From Chlorokybus atmophyticus (lineage: Eukaryota > Plantae > Mesostigma and Chlorokybus algae), in assembly GCA_009103225.1 (NCBI GenBank), contig RHPI01003389.1:849162-913161 (forward strand): a DNA stretch of 64,000 nt, written 5' to 3'. The position numbers and the translations under genes were made by a program. This document shows positions 50,920 through 64,000 of this stretch, piece after piece (positions within the stretch are counted from its first letter, which is position 1; every line of letters starts with the position of its first letter). The notes under the pieces are model-generated. The model saw only the letters and a list, made by a program, of their open reading frames with translations, had not been told where the DNA came from and made no database searches.

Positions 50920-51471
50920 CTGATCCCAAGTCTACACCCCATCTCACAACAGTGCCAACCAAAATATAAGTGATGAACTAAATATAAACACTCGTATCGT
51001 ACAGTGTTTTGGCTCACAGCACAGACTAGTAATGCACATTACTAGTACCTTGCAGCATGCGTCAAATGCTGCCTTGGATATTGCGGCTGAGGTTCCTTCA
51101 CTTGCTATGCTGCAAGTTACAATGGTGGTGGCACGTTCACAAGGATGAGGTTTGTCAATGGTAGATGTGGTCATGGGGACATGCTTTAGACTTGCTGGTG
51201 CTGCGGCAGTATGGTGCACTGGAAGGCTCACTAGTATGTACGACATCGTATACCAACCATTCCAGCGATGCGGAGTAATTACACGGCGTGTGACATACCC
51301 AGTACACATAGTAGCACACATAGTAGCACACCTTTTGTACATACCTCCAACACTCGTGTAGTTAGCTTACCTTACTTCACATTTAGTTCCATAACGCAAG
51401 CATAATAGCAGAGCAACCACATCACAGCGGAAATGGAAAAACTACACTAGAAAAAATAACTTGCACACAAT

Positions 51472-54400
51472 CTACATTTTTGATTTGTGCGGGATGGTGC
51501 GCGTGGCTGTACGCATGGACACAAACTCTTCTGCTGCTGTAGGATGGATGCCAACAGTGGAGTCAAAATCGGCCTTTGTGGCGCCCGCTTTGATGGCGAT
51601 AGCAATGCCTTGCATGATCTCCGCAGAGTCTGGACCCACCATCCATACACCCAACACCTTGTCTGTCTCTTTCTCAACTATGATCTTCATAAATGACTGT
51701 TCGTCCCTCCTGCACATGAACAGATGGACAAGTTAGCCAACAACTCAGACTGTACCACAACCCTCAGGACAAACAACAGGATGCGTAGTCACACATACCC
51801 GCTGACAGTATACTTCATTGGGCGAAATTTTGACGTGAACACATCAATGTCGCCGGTCGCCTGCTCAACAGCTTCTTCTTCACTCAACCCAACCTTTCCG
51901 AGGGGCGGCTATTTTGCAAACACACAGTCAGCTGACATTGTCTTGCACAGCCAACGTCCTGTGTAACCTTGTTGAAATCAACTTGACATTTAAGTCAGTA
52001 CCTGTGCGAAGACAGCTGACGCGATGTTTGTATAGTTCACCGGCGTGGGTTTGCCGCCGAACAGCGTCTTGGACAAAGCGCTGCCCTCCATCAAAGCCAC
52101 TGGAGTTAAAGCCAACCTATCCGTCACATCACCTATCGCATAGATGTTCTCCACAGTCGTCTGCGAGTACTCATTCACCTGTTGTGTGTATGTTGACCTC
52201 GTCAGCTCTGTCAACATCCCTTCATACACACGCACAATGACTTCATTCATACGTACCACGATGGCGTTCTTTTTACTCAACTTGATGCCGATGTCCTCCA
52301 CTCCAAGGCCCTTAGTGTTGGGGTCGCGACCCGTGGCAAAGAAGACCAGATCCACAGTTATCGCACCTGCTTTGTCGGTCTCTACTGTAAAGCTGCCATT
52401 GTCGTTCTTCACAAGCTGTCCATTGAGCAGAGTATCAGCATGGTACTGATGCATACTAGTCTGTATGTGTGCGTGCACAAGGGTGGTTACATGCACACAC
52501 GCATGCACCACATGCATGCCGATGCTCGTGTGCGTGACTGTGCACGCGAACATCATACATACATGCGTGTCTGCATGCGCATGAAATGCAAACCAACTAC
52601 GCTGTGCCTGCGATGTAAACTGAAGCTTTCAATACGCAAGTACTGAAAGTTACACTCACAAGCATGCACAACACTGACAAAAGCGAGCTTGCCTTCAGAG
52701 GTGAGACACCGGCATGCACGTGCACCCCGCGCTTCTCTAGGTTGGTCTTGATCACCTCCGTGCACTCCTTGTCAAAGCCGCGCAAGGGCATCGGGGCCCG
52801 GTGGATGAGGTGCACGTCTACGCCCAATCCATTGAATATGTGCGAAAACTCAACCGCAATGTACCTGGTAAGGGTTGGTTGGTGTTGTCACAAGTAATCA
52901 CTGTATAAACGTCTCCAAAAGTAAACAAGTCAGCACTACTTTATCTGGATATTAGTGCTTACCCTCCCCCCACAATGGCGATGCTCTTTGGTAACTTCTC
53001 TAGCGACAGCGCCTCATCTGACGTGATGGTGTGCTCCTGTTTGTGTGAACCCCAATATGTAACAAGGTGCCAACACATTAAGTCCCAACCCACTAAGAAT
53101 TGTGCGCTTGCATTCGCTACACGTTCCCAATGGGATTGCAGTTACTAACAGACCATCACACACAACCAGGACAACAATGACACAAATCTAAACCACACTT
53201 ACCCCGCCGGGGATGTTGAGTTTCACAGCGCGAGCCCCCGAGGCGATCAATATGTACTTGGCGGTATAGTTCTCTGTGGTGGAGTCGCCAACGTCTTCTG
53301 GAGGGAGTGATGTAACCTCCACAGTGTGGTTGTCCACCAGCCTGGCCCTGCCCTCCATCAGCGTCACACCCGCGCTCGCCAGCATGCGCTTGTACACTCC
53401 ATTCAAACGATCAATCTCAGTCGTCTGTAAAGGAGGTTATCTTCTTTGAGCGGTAATTCAGACATATTTGGTGCGGTGTTTGGAAATCTGGTTCAGAAAA
53501 TACTGGTAACATGGGTATGTACTGTGCATGCCTCAACATGAGTCACAATGAGACAGACATAATGCATGCAAAACGACGCAATGGAATCACCATAATATGA
53601 TAAACTTAGGTGACCACTCGTGACACATCTGCAATAAACAGTGCTGGCAACTGATATGACGCTCTTAGCCGTAAGCGTGACAATGTTGACACAACTTACT
53701 TTTCCTCGCAGCAGGACGTCCCAATCATGCAGGGGATTCTTGCTATTCTGCCACCCATAGCCATTCGCATCCTGCAGTAAGAACATTCGACGCAGTTGAG
53801 AGCATGTTGCTCTGTGCACAATTGGCTGTAGGGACAGTACAGCAGAGGAGAACAATGCAATCATGCAACATAGTAACAGTGACAACGGCAAGACACCTGC
53901 GGTGCAGTGATATGTGCACAAGCTTCACTTCTCAAACATGTGTAGTGGAGTATGTACAAGCTCGTACCTCAAAGTGTTGCTTGAATTCGGATCCATAGAT
54001 CAGCAACTTTTTGGGTACGCATCCACGAATGACGCAGCTGATAACAGCAGAGACGCAAACCACACGACAGTCAATACTCGCACAACACACCAACATATGT
54101 GTACACTCTGAAGTGTAAGCTGCAGCATAATTGCACAAAATTGCAGCAGCTTACTTACGTGCCGCCCACTCCGCCCTTGCTGTCGGAGCTGACAGGAGAG
54201 TATGGCAGCTCCACAACAGCTACCTGCACAATTGCATTAAGAGTTCAATTGACTACCAGTGCTGATGGTGACTGCCCATGCCAGCATGCGCACAGCTAAT
54301 GTTACATCTTGGTTGAAAAAAATGGCATGAGAGTGAGCAAGCTGCTCCTGCACCTTGGCGCCGTATGCAGCGGAGGTGCGTGCGGCGCGAACGCCGCCGC

Positions 54401-54488
54401 TGCCGCCGCCTATAACAAAGAGGTCATAGTCGTAGCGCGGGTCCTGCGCCTGCCGCACCGCCGGGATGTGGGCGTCGCCGTTGGCCAT
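51472..54488 (-). CDS. GR1: Glutathione reductase (cytosolic/peroxisomal GR1 type)
   Basis: [35 protein letters not shown] (redox CxxxxC), [49 protein letters not shown]. Ends HKSKM*. Confidence 0.97.
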
Positions 54489-56260
54489 GTTGTACACTGT
54501 GATGGTGCGTCTGACTTACACTGCTTTACAGCGCGAAGCACAAGCAGCACCCTGCGCCCAAGAGCAAAAAGTCTCAAACACAAATGGTGTAACACAGTCG
54601 GCACCACGACATTGCTGCTCCCAACAGAATAGTTTGACAGACAATCAAGGCAACACTTCAGAGTTTTACCAAAGGCATGCGCAAGCTGTGTTCACGTGTG
54701 GCAAAACACCCTAGGCTAGCGTAATGCAAAAGCTGGCTAGCTGCTTGATGTATACAGCTCGCTGCTTGCTGCCCCACAGCAAGCCAGCTGCCTCAAGCAA
54801 GCCAGTTGTGACACGTATAGCAAGCACAAGCGCTCGCAACTCACACGCAAGAACCTGTTTAACGCACCAACCACGCAATGGCGTCCACTTGCAACTCGTC
54901 CACGGGCTCCTCGGTCTTCGCCTTCGCGATCACCGCCGCCGCCGCCGAGTTGACAGCACCCGGCTCCCAGCTGCGGCCAATGCGAAGTACAGCGGACGGA
55001 CTGGACGCGTGGAAGCATCCAAGGACTCCACGGTTGCTTGCTGGCACACATCTACCGAGGTCAGAAATCAGCAGAGACTTCTTACTGAACGTACCAGCGC
55101 ATTCATGAGAAGCGACCACAGTAAACTATTCTTACACTTAAAGGGTACCGAGTTGCAATGCAGACTTCGTACACTCTTGAATCTCCCATCACATTAACCA
55201 TTCATCGTCACCATTGCCACATGTAAAAGGAGCTCACTCTCACATGGATTAACAGTTAGCCTAATAAAAAACAGCTACCTTCAAAGTTATATTATGTCGC
55301 CTACCTCCGCTCGTTGCGTGTTTGACGGTATTCATACAATCCAATAACAAAATACTGTTGTACAGCTGCCACTGCCCGGTTGCCCTTATTGTAGTTGTTG
55401 CATTGCCTGTTGCTGGTGTTGTTGTTACTTGCATAGTTGATGGCATGCCACATGTATTTACATATGCTCATTTCATCCAAGACATGATGCTACGTATGTC
55501 GTATTGTAATGGTTGATATAAGTTGCAAACTCTTACGGTACATTGAACAGTTTATAATTGTCACAACAACCCGTTATCACACACAAATACTTATGCACAT
55601 AAGAAGTTTGAGTGGATTATAAGTATTATGTTACTGAGCACTAATATGCACAATTGTTGACATTGCTTACCATCAATTGCCAATTAACAGTACTGCCATG
55701 CATGCAGAGTCGCTTTACATGCATTGACGACAAAATCGCGTTGATGACTGACTTCATTGTGTCATGTTATGCAACGAACAAAGCTTTATTCGTAAATCTT
55801 AATTGCCAGGGCTTTGTTGTGATTTACTTACATGCGCGTTGTTACTGTATTGCATTGCAATCTTTTTCAAGGGCGTCACATAATCAAATGACGAAACAGT
55901 CTCGATTGCAATTATTTGTTATAAGTGGTATGCACGATCATCCAACCCTTTCAAGCATACTAGTAACACCATAGTAGCACATGCCATTATGATTTAAATG
56001 TGGGGTGGCACCTTATCGTCTATGCTGTCGCAAGGAGCTGTGATGACACGGGTCACATAGACTTGGGTACTCACACTATAGTGCATCGTGCCCGCTCCAT
56101 GCCAATAGCACAATGAGATAAGGGAACAACATTATATGTGGATTAATGATGCCGTATGATTAGTGCAACAAACTCAAAAGACTTTATATTGTCAATATCA
56201 TATTGGTCATGCCCTACCTATTGGCAAGGCACATAAGGGCGTAGTAGCACAAACCGGTGC

Positions 56261-57319
56261 TCATGACGCACTCTTCCTTATCAATGAAATAACCAATGTA
56301 ATGCCCTTGACAAGGCCTCCCAGCGCTGGCGCAATCACCGCTTTGGGCAACTCCCTCAGTATTGGAATGTCTGATTCTTTTGCTCCTGACAGACAATGTA
56401 TATGACATTTGACTTGAGCGCAAATAAACATGCTTGTAGCGCATATAAACATCCCAGCATGTAGCCAGGTAGTACTCACTTTGCTTTATCAACTTGGCTG
56501 CAGCAGGCAATATGACAAGACTGAGGGCCACACCGCCCATGATGCGGGGCAGATAAGCTGCGGCATGCTTCTTGAACCTGCAGTGGGTCCTTGTCAATAA
56601 GGTACTAGTGCACAGTGACATGTCATAGTAGTTGTCCAACTGGCGGCCACTTACATCATTCTGGCAAAGGCGATGAACTCGTCATCGGTCAACACCCCAT
56701 CCATGTTGGTATCAAATTCCTGCAAGCAACAGTGTAAGCATTGCAAGCATCACCACCACCGTACACGACTACATCTTGATGCTTCAATGCCTGCCTGCCT
56801 TTGTGACCCTACAGCAAAACACGAGGGTAATGTTACCATAAACACTTGGTCCACTTGCTGCCGCGTTGGCAGCTCCACGATCCGTCCACCCGCCTTGCTG
56901 TTAATTAGGCTGCAGCGCGTACATGCGTGAGTGTGTATGTATACAAATGCGCCCGCAGGTGCGTGTGCGTGTGCTTGTGTGTGCCTGGATATACGTTTGT
57001 GCATCAGAGCCTGTGTGCGCACACGTATTTGGTATGGACCACACGTACACATACTTGTACGTATGGTCTATACCAACACAACGGCACACGACTACTTATC
57101 GAAGAGAAGCGTGTCAGCATCATCATTTTGGCACAGGTGTTTGGCATGCAGTCTAGGCAGCAAGCTTACGCGTGTTAGACACTTGGACACTTACAAGTAG
57201 AGCTGCATCATCGCGGCGTGCAGCTCATCCTTGCTGAGGCGGCCGCTGTCATCGATATCGCTTTTATGGAAGGCTTGACGCGCGATGGCGGCGAACACGC
57301 CGCTCTCCTCAAACACCAT
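56261..57319 (-). CDS. EF-hand Ca-binding protein with C-terminal hydrophobic segments
   Basis: Loops DIDDSGRLSKDE and DTNMDGVLTDDE with ELPTRQQV between them, then IMGGVALSLVILPAA. Five coding exons in phase. The true N-terminus may lie in an upstream exon. Confidence 0.8.
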
Positions 57320-58381
57320 CCCAACTACAACGCACGGGGCAAACGTGTAAGTGCCGGACAGCATGACACAAGCAGCGCAAGTGCACTTTTTGTCTTGCTC
57401 AGTCAGGCCCCGAGACAAATGTGTGCGTAGCAAGCAAGCGTGAGTGCATGAAAGGAAGCGAATGGATGATGAACAACGCATGCATACGATCTAGTTGTTG
57501 ACAAGTGATCAGTGGCGGCGTTCAGGACAGATAACTCACAGGCTGTAGCTGACAGCGTTCAATCAATGTATGGCACTCTCGCATGCGTGTGTCCTAGAAT
57601 GATTATGTTTGCGTACAACACGCATAAGAGTAGATTGTGTCCCACACAGGCTTGTCACTGGCTGTACTCAAGCTACTGACCGCCTTCCTGTGCGGTTTCA
57701 ATGAATAAGGGGAGTTTGACGTGACACACCTGATACCTCAGTGGCATCATGCCCTTTGTCGAATGTCTCAAGTGCATCATCAAGGCCAGTGCACACACGC
57801 CGATGGCAGTCGCATCGTGTAGCCAATGCGAAGCAAAGGCAGCTTGCAAGAGGAATATGATAAACTCAAAGATAACGTAACCGTGCCAGATGGAAAAGGA
57901 AGGCAGTGTGGCAATGCGGACAGATTCTCAGGCGAACAAACAGCACAGCTCAGCCACTCGCTCGTGCCTGCTTGTACTTGATAACAAACACTTCGCAGCA
58001 AGCGACAAAGCAAGCTGGGAGTTGTACTAAATGCTGTGCTTTTGCTCTTGGGGCTGTGATTTGTTACTAATACAAGGATTCAGAAATTGTCCCATGCTTG
58101 ACCCAAGTGCTTGATGCTCACCTGCCAAGAAATATTTCTGGAGCAACAGAGCTTGATAATAACCGCCGTCGCCGCCGCCGCCAAGATTATCACCAATGCA
58201 AGGCCGTAGCTAGCGACCACGCATGCCGGCCTGCTGCATGGGCCTGAGCAGGCGGCGGCGGCGGCGGGGGGAGACGCAGAGATAGTATAGCTGAAAGCTC
58301 GTGTCTGTGCTACCTTTGCCGTACACCACACCTACACCTACACCCACACCAGCGGTTACACCCACACATACAGCGGCAGCC

Positions 58382-60424
58382 ATGCCCACCCGCCTACAGG
58401 ACGGCAGGGGCCCAGCCTCTGAAGGCCAATGGAGCACAGGTGGGCAGCTTATCGTTCTCATGCATGCGACTGTCCTCATCCTCAAGCTTGTCCTCATGCT
58501 TCTCCTCACAGGCCTGCTGGACTGCCTTTCGGACGGTTGGTTCCACTGCGCCCGCGGCTTCCTCTGCCCCTGCGTCGTGGCGGGCCGCAACGCCGAGGTG
58601 GTGGACGGGACGGCGCCCAGGAGCACCGCCGCAACGTGGCTGCTGCACTGCATGTAAGGGGGGTAAATGTGTTGGCGTTGATGTTGAGCTTGTGAGCTTT
58701 CCGCAACTTGCGTGTGTGGGTTTGGCAGTGGTGTTTGGGAAGTTGGTGTATAGATTTCTCTCGCAAAGATGTTTGGAAGGCAGTGCGGCTTTAGCTACTG
58801 GTTTTAAACATGCACGCGTGAACGTGCGAGTCACAGGACGGACTCGACGGAGACACGCGCGCGCATGCACAAGTGACGGACACACGTGCATGCGCGTGTG
58901 TGTATGGGCGGTGTGTATGCGCACGCACGCACACTCTACTATTGTGAGTACACACGCGCAGTCACGCACACGAACACACACACCCGCATGCGCACGTGTG
59001 CACTCACCAAAGCGACTGCAGACATCGATGTTTGTTAATGAAGCGTATACATGACGTGAATGCCTTCGACCCGTCACTTGCTCCGTACCTTACTCACCGC
59101 ACAATCAGCATGCTTGCAACAATGCACAACACCACTACCTGCTACTATCCTCGTTGACTCTGCGCTTCTCATACCCCTCTTCCCCTCATCCACGACAGAC
59201 TTTGCCTTTCATGCGCACTGGTCACATCTCCCTACCGCACCTCTCTGCGTCGCCGCTACTCTCTCCCGCCCTTTGACAACGAGGATGATGATGGCAAAGG
59301 TGGCTGCGGCTCGTGTTTGTGTGGGGACTGCGCCACGCACTGCGCGTGCCATTGCTGCGCGCTACTGCAAGAGACAAGAGAACTAAAGGCAGGGAAGGGG
59401 TGTTGGAATGCTGTGTGGTTGCACTCCCCACATGTTTGTTGCTTGTGACTCATCTTGAAACAGACAGCGTTCGTGCATGCATGGGCGCGCGTGTGCAAGT
59501 GCGCGCGTGCGTGCACGTGCATGGGTGTGGTGTGCGCTTGCAGGAATGTGTATGTCTGTGTCTGTGTGTTGCTTCCGTGTTGACAGTAGCCATCGCAAAG
59601 AAGGTTCTGACTGTTGTGTCCTTAACGATCTCTCGCCCTCTCTGTAAGCAGGTGCGGGGTGCGATAGGAAGGAATGCTATGAAACACATATCGTTGGACG
59701 TTGCTTCGCAGACTGCCATGTCAGCAGCAAGTAAGCAAAACCACTCAGTTTGTAACACGACAGTAAGACCACAATCAGACCGCGTGTGTTAAATCACCGC
59801 ATGCGTCATGCGGATGGGTTGTTGACATGCATCATCGCACCTAGAGATGCCAGTTATGCAAAAGATGGAGCCTAGAACGCGAGAGCCCGAAGTTCCCGAC
59901 CAAACGCCGGACCGACAAGTACGTCCTGTCATGCGCAACTTGACATTGTTGTCGTGTAACATCTACACAACAAAAACATCATCACCGTCATCATGTTGCC
60001 AGGACTCCATGCGCCGACACGTGTTGCTGACTGAACTCTTCCCTGAAGCGCGTGCACCTGGCGCAGTCAAGGCAAGTACTATGTATCCTTCATGTACCAG
60101 CTGGCGCATGCCAATGCCATTCGCACTGATTACCAACACCCACCCTAAGATTCTCTTGTTTCTATCGCATACTCGCATACACACACGCACAACCATAGGC
60201 GGCACACAGTCACCCAACATCACCACACATCACCATCGTTGTCTGCCACGCAGGTGCCGGAGTCAACCGGTGAGGCTCCAATGCATCACACAGACAGTGA
60301 TAAGGTCGGAGGTGATGATGCTTCGCAGCTGCCGGATGATGGCACGACTCCAAGGCTGAGTCACGAGCAGGCGCCGTCCGGGCCCCCGAGAGAGCGCAAG
60401 GCACCGCCGGAAGATGTTGGGTGA
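58382..60424 (+). CDS. PLAC8 / cell-number-regulator (FW2.2/PCR-like) Cys-rich protein with acidic C-terminal extension
   Basis: QWSTGLLDCLSD...FLCPCVVAGRNAEVVD, YRTSLRRRYSLP, DCATHCACHCCALLQETRELK-VRG. Junctions are in phase using a GC donor at 59389. Confidence 0.85.
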
Positions 60425-61034
60425 TAGATGGTGTTGGTGGGAGGTGTCGTTGTGTTGTAGGTAAGCAGGTTGGTAGGCAGGTAGGTAGGTAGGTGATGCC
60501 ACACATCGACGTGGTATGCAAATAATGTGTGATGCATTGCTGGTGTTGCTGCATGTGGCATTGCTGTTTTAGCATAGCAGCTAACATCACGCACTGGTAT
60601 CGTCAAGCTGCCTTGGCTGTGTGACCTACACTAGCACCTATCTTTGTGCCTGGCTTGGAGCGCTTGTTGGTTTAGCACAGTGACTGCCATAGCACTGGTT
60701 TAGCTTGTGACTTTCTGCATGACCTGTCCTCATGCGCCATATCCTTGCCTGTCTGTTCGACATGCAATACGGCAAACATCATACTGTCTGCTGTGGTGGA
60801 GCACGTGACATGCGTGTTCACCACCTGACACTGGCTTGGACGCATAAAGGCATCACACATGTTCTGTGCGTGAAATGCATCCACAACTCTGGACTTGGGG
60901 ACAAGTGCAGTACACGGGGAGAAGTGTACACAAAATGCAAGTGATGTATGTGTAGAGATAACATCATGCGTGCAACATATGATCATCATCGTCCTAATCC
61001 TATACATCATGTACAAATGTACACGCGAGACCTC

Positions 61035-63845
61035 TCACGCCAACAGCAGCCGCTTCTGCACGTCCCACAGCAGCGTTCCAAACAGGCATCCCTCGCACTC
61101 GATACGCTGCATGTCCGCATCGTCGATGAACAGGGTCTCATTGACGTGTTGATTACTCTGACTGCTGGCTCTCAGCAGCTGCGCCACCTCAGTGGTACAC
61201 CACGAAGGCACCCAATCGCTACTGCCGGTCTCGCCCTCTTCATGCGCAGTCCAGAAGAGGGCTTCAACCTGGCACCATTGAATAGATTACAACAATAATG
61301 GGTAAGATTGTATATAAAGTCTACACTCTGAAACAATGCAGTAAACGTTCATGGATGACATGGCAATGAGATCCTCAACTACCATGGAAGATAGTTGAGG
61401 ACTCAAAAATTTTAAAAAATAACACAATGCACACATGCACGCACGCTTGTGTGTGTGTGTGTGTGTGCGTGCGCCCACACGCGCCCACACACACACCCAC
61501 ACACACACACACACATCTCACTCTTTAACTCTTAACCCTTACCTGGCGCGAGACCACTCGTCTTGACTCCGTCGGCATGGCCGTCTCCCCCGCCGCGTCG
61601 CTCGTCGTGAGCGACTCCTCCGCGGCGTGTCGACGCAGGTCCGTGCGGAGGTACTGACGCACAGTCGTCGCGCCCACGGCCGCGTCCGGGAACAGCGCGT
61701 TGAAGTCCGCGTGCGTGTCGGCGCGCTTGAGGTAGTAGCCGAACAGCAGCGAGTCCTTGTAGATCTGCACGAGAGTGTTGCTCGTTCAACGTCATGGTTG
61801 TGATCGAGCGTATGTGTGTCAGCTGTCATAATGAGGCTCTAGTGTGGCAAGCGAATGCATGAGTCTGAAAGGACATGAACACATAAGCGCCCACACCCAC
61901 TCGCGCGACGCGCATGCTCGTGCGCACATGAACGCAAACCACATAGTTCATTACGTTCACAGTACCAGTGAATGACGCGGCAGATACCAATGACGGTTGA
62001 AAGGGACTTGTTGTTAGATTTGTTGCTTTATTCCAACCTCTTGCGCAAACCAACAAGTGTGTTGTCACGCACCTGAGCAAGCTCCTTCTTCGAGACAAGG
62101 GCTTTCTTGTCAAATGACGCTTCGGAGCGCCGTCGGAAGAATCTCGCGCGGTGGGTGTGGTGGTTCTCGCGAATGATGTCGAACACGCCGCGGGAGTGGA
62201 GCTCCTCCAGCGCGATGATGCCAGCCCTCAGGTCCGCTGCCCGGCTGTCGCCGCCGCCGAACAGATCCCTCCTCACACCACCATCGGCCGGCACCTGACA
62301 ACACAAACACAATGTACTTAAGCTGAATGAGCAAGCAAGCTGAAGACGCAACAAACACGTGCACGCGAATGTCATGTGGTAGATGTACACCCGTGTGCCT
62401 GCGTGTGCGCATGTGCGTATGTGTGCATGTGTGCGCGCACGTGGGGTATTCACATCCCGTGTGTTCATGCACACGTGTGTATGCAGCCGTATGCCACATG
62501 GCGACAACATGCAAACGGATTGTGTACGACACAAGCCCAGCATACCTGCAGGCGGGGCAGCAAGGGGATCTCTCTGATCAGGAACTGATGCACCACAAGT
62601 GCATACAACACCTCCTCATGCGCCTGATGCACCTCACTGCCCTTCAAGTCAGATATCCGCCTGCACAAGAGTGAAGAACACACATTACACAAAAGACACG
62701 CTTGTCATGCATACAATGGTACGACAGCATGATGTTTGCGTTGGGTGTGATGGCACATGTTCTGTGCAAGCATGCGTGTGCATGTGCGCGTGCTTCATGA
62801 CTGCCCAGTTGCATGTATAAATGTACGTATGCATGCAAGAGGTAATTACTGTGCTTGACACGGTGATATGTCAGACGTGCGGTTGTTGCACCTGGCAAGC
62901 ACTGGCTCCGCTGCTATAGCTTCCTCAACCTTCGGGCCAGCGTGATACTCACGCAGCAAAGCCAACTCGCTCTCGACAGCCGTGTCGAAGTCATCGTGGA
63001 AGGTGTTGGACTGCAACACTTGAAACAACCTAACGCCTGCGTGCGCAATGTGGCTTCAAGTCATACACGGCAGCTGCAACTTACAAGCGCAAATGCACAT
63101 TAGCAGTGATGTGTATGCGCGCACACACGAATGCACATGTGTATGCACGAACGTGAAACGCACAAAACAACAGTGTGCAACGCTCAATAGGCACGCACAC
63201 AGGTTTGCACGCACGCATGCGCGTGCACACACCTATAAACACAGACGCAGACGCAGGCAAGCAGCCACTTGCACGCGCACATGTGTACGTATGCAGCGGC
63301 AAGCTGTGTCATCATTACAAGACAGCAATGCACTGTTTCCTGAAAGCGTAACACTACCGTTGGCTGTCTTCAGGGACAATGGCGCCAAACTTTGCTTGAA
63401 CTGCCCGCCACCCTGTGACGAAGTGCTCGGCGTGTCGGCACAGCAGCAAACGTTACGTGTGGCCTCTTCTGGAAGCTTCACTGACCAACCCTGCAAGTAG
63501 ACGCAATGCTTGAAACCCTACTGTGCTTTACAACTGCATGATAGCTGAACATCAGTCAAGTGGGACGTGTGTATGTGGTCAACGTGTTGGATGCTTTCAC
63601 GTTAAACAACTCTGAGAAGGATTTTAGAAAGCCTATGTTCATACTTTGGACAACCCATGCATACATGCTTTGTCAATAAGCCTCACCCACTGCAGTGGAA
63701 GCTTGGTCGAAGCATGCTGCTTCCAAGCAGCAGGCAAGTGGTGCTGTCTCCTCCTCGCTCTCGGCGCTGTGTGTGCACGCCGAAGACAATCAGGACTAGC
63801 ACAGCAGGGAAGGTAGGCGCTGCAGCTGAGCCCGGGAACGCCCAT
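61035..63845 (-). CDS. DUF760 / UV-B-induced At3g17800-like chloroplast protein
   Basis: LAPLSLKT...RRISDLK...EEVLYALVVHQF, LEELHS, IYKDSLLFGYYLKR, EGCLFGTLLWDV. The ATG at 63845 follows a 5'UTR acceptor at 63889. Confidence 0.8.
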
Positions 63846-64000
63846 CCAGCCGCCCACGACAGCGACGACACCGCCGCCGCCAATTGGCCTGCATAAAAGC
63901 ATATAAACATATTATCACATTTGCAGTAGAGTTTGATCACAAGTATATCAAGGTGACTCGTCGATGTCAAGTTGAGCGTGTATATAGCACCACTTGACCA

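Noticed and set aside
54878-55108. Plus-strand 76-aa ORF MASTCNSSTG...
   Set aside because: No homology or splice chain; better explained as the antisense of the GC-rich GR leader exon.

Overview
Eukaryotic nuclear DNA from the green lineage. The gene set and exon-level similarity to land-plant proteins suggest an early-diverging streptophyte or green alga; this is inference and the species cannot be fixed from the sequence. The window is gene-dense, with 16 intron-rich protein-coding genes reconstructed by hand from splice sites and conserved motifs: F-box protein, DUF2232 membrane protein, Gfo/Idh/MocA-type oxidoreductase, AKR5-like aldo-keto reductase, PDZ-rubredoxin (ENH1), MSH4, MAP3K-epsilon, RPA43, two tandem B12D/NDUFA4-like genes, CUE-domain protein, cpTatC, glutathione reductase, EF-hand protein, PLAC8/CNR protein and a DUF760/At3g17800-like protein. 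Non-coding features include TA-flanked CCGTATTT MITEs, microsatellites, three assembly gaps and AT-rich spacer islands. I see no tRNA, rRNA or CRISPR array. Most ORFs in the supplied track are intronic repeat or antisense shadows. The most notable observations are a divergent tandem B12D/NDUFA4 pair with an identical 89-nt core exon, a tandem pair of possible sugar-acid reductases, six GC-AG introns all preceded by exonic AAG, a PTS1-bearing glutathione reductase with a possible alternative N-terminal extension, a stop-free 72-nt PLAC8 intron that would add a hydrophobic helix if retained, a perfect 22-bp hairpin, and an unassigned Cys-rich spliced locus at the window start. No novel system is proven; functional claims are hypotheses.
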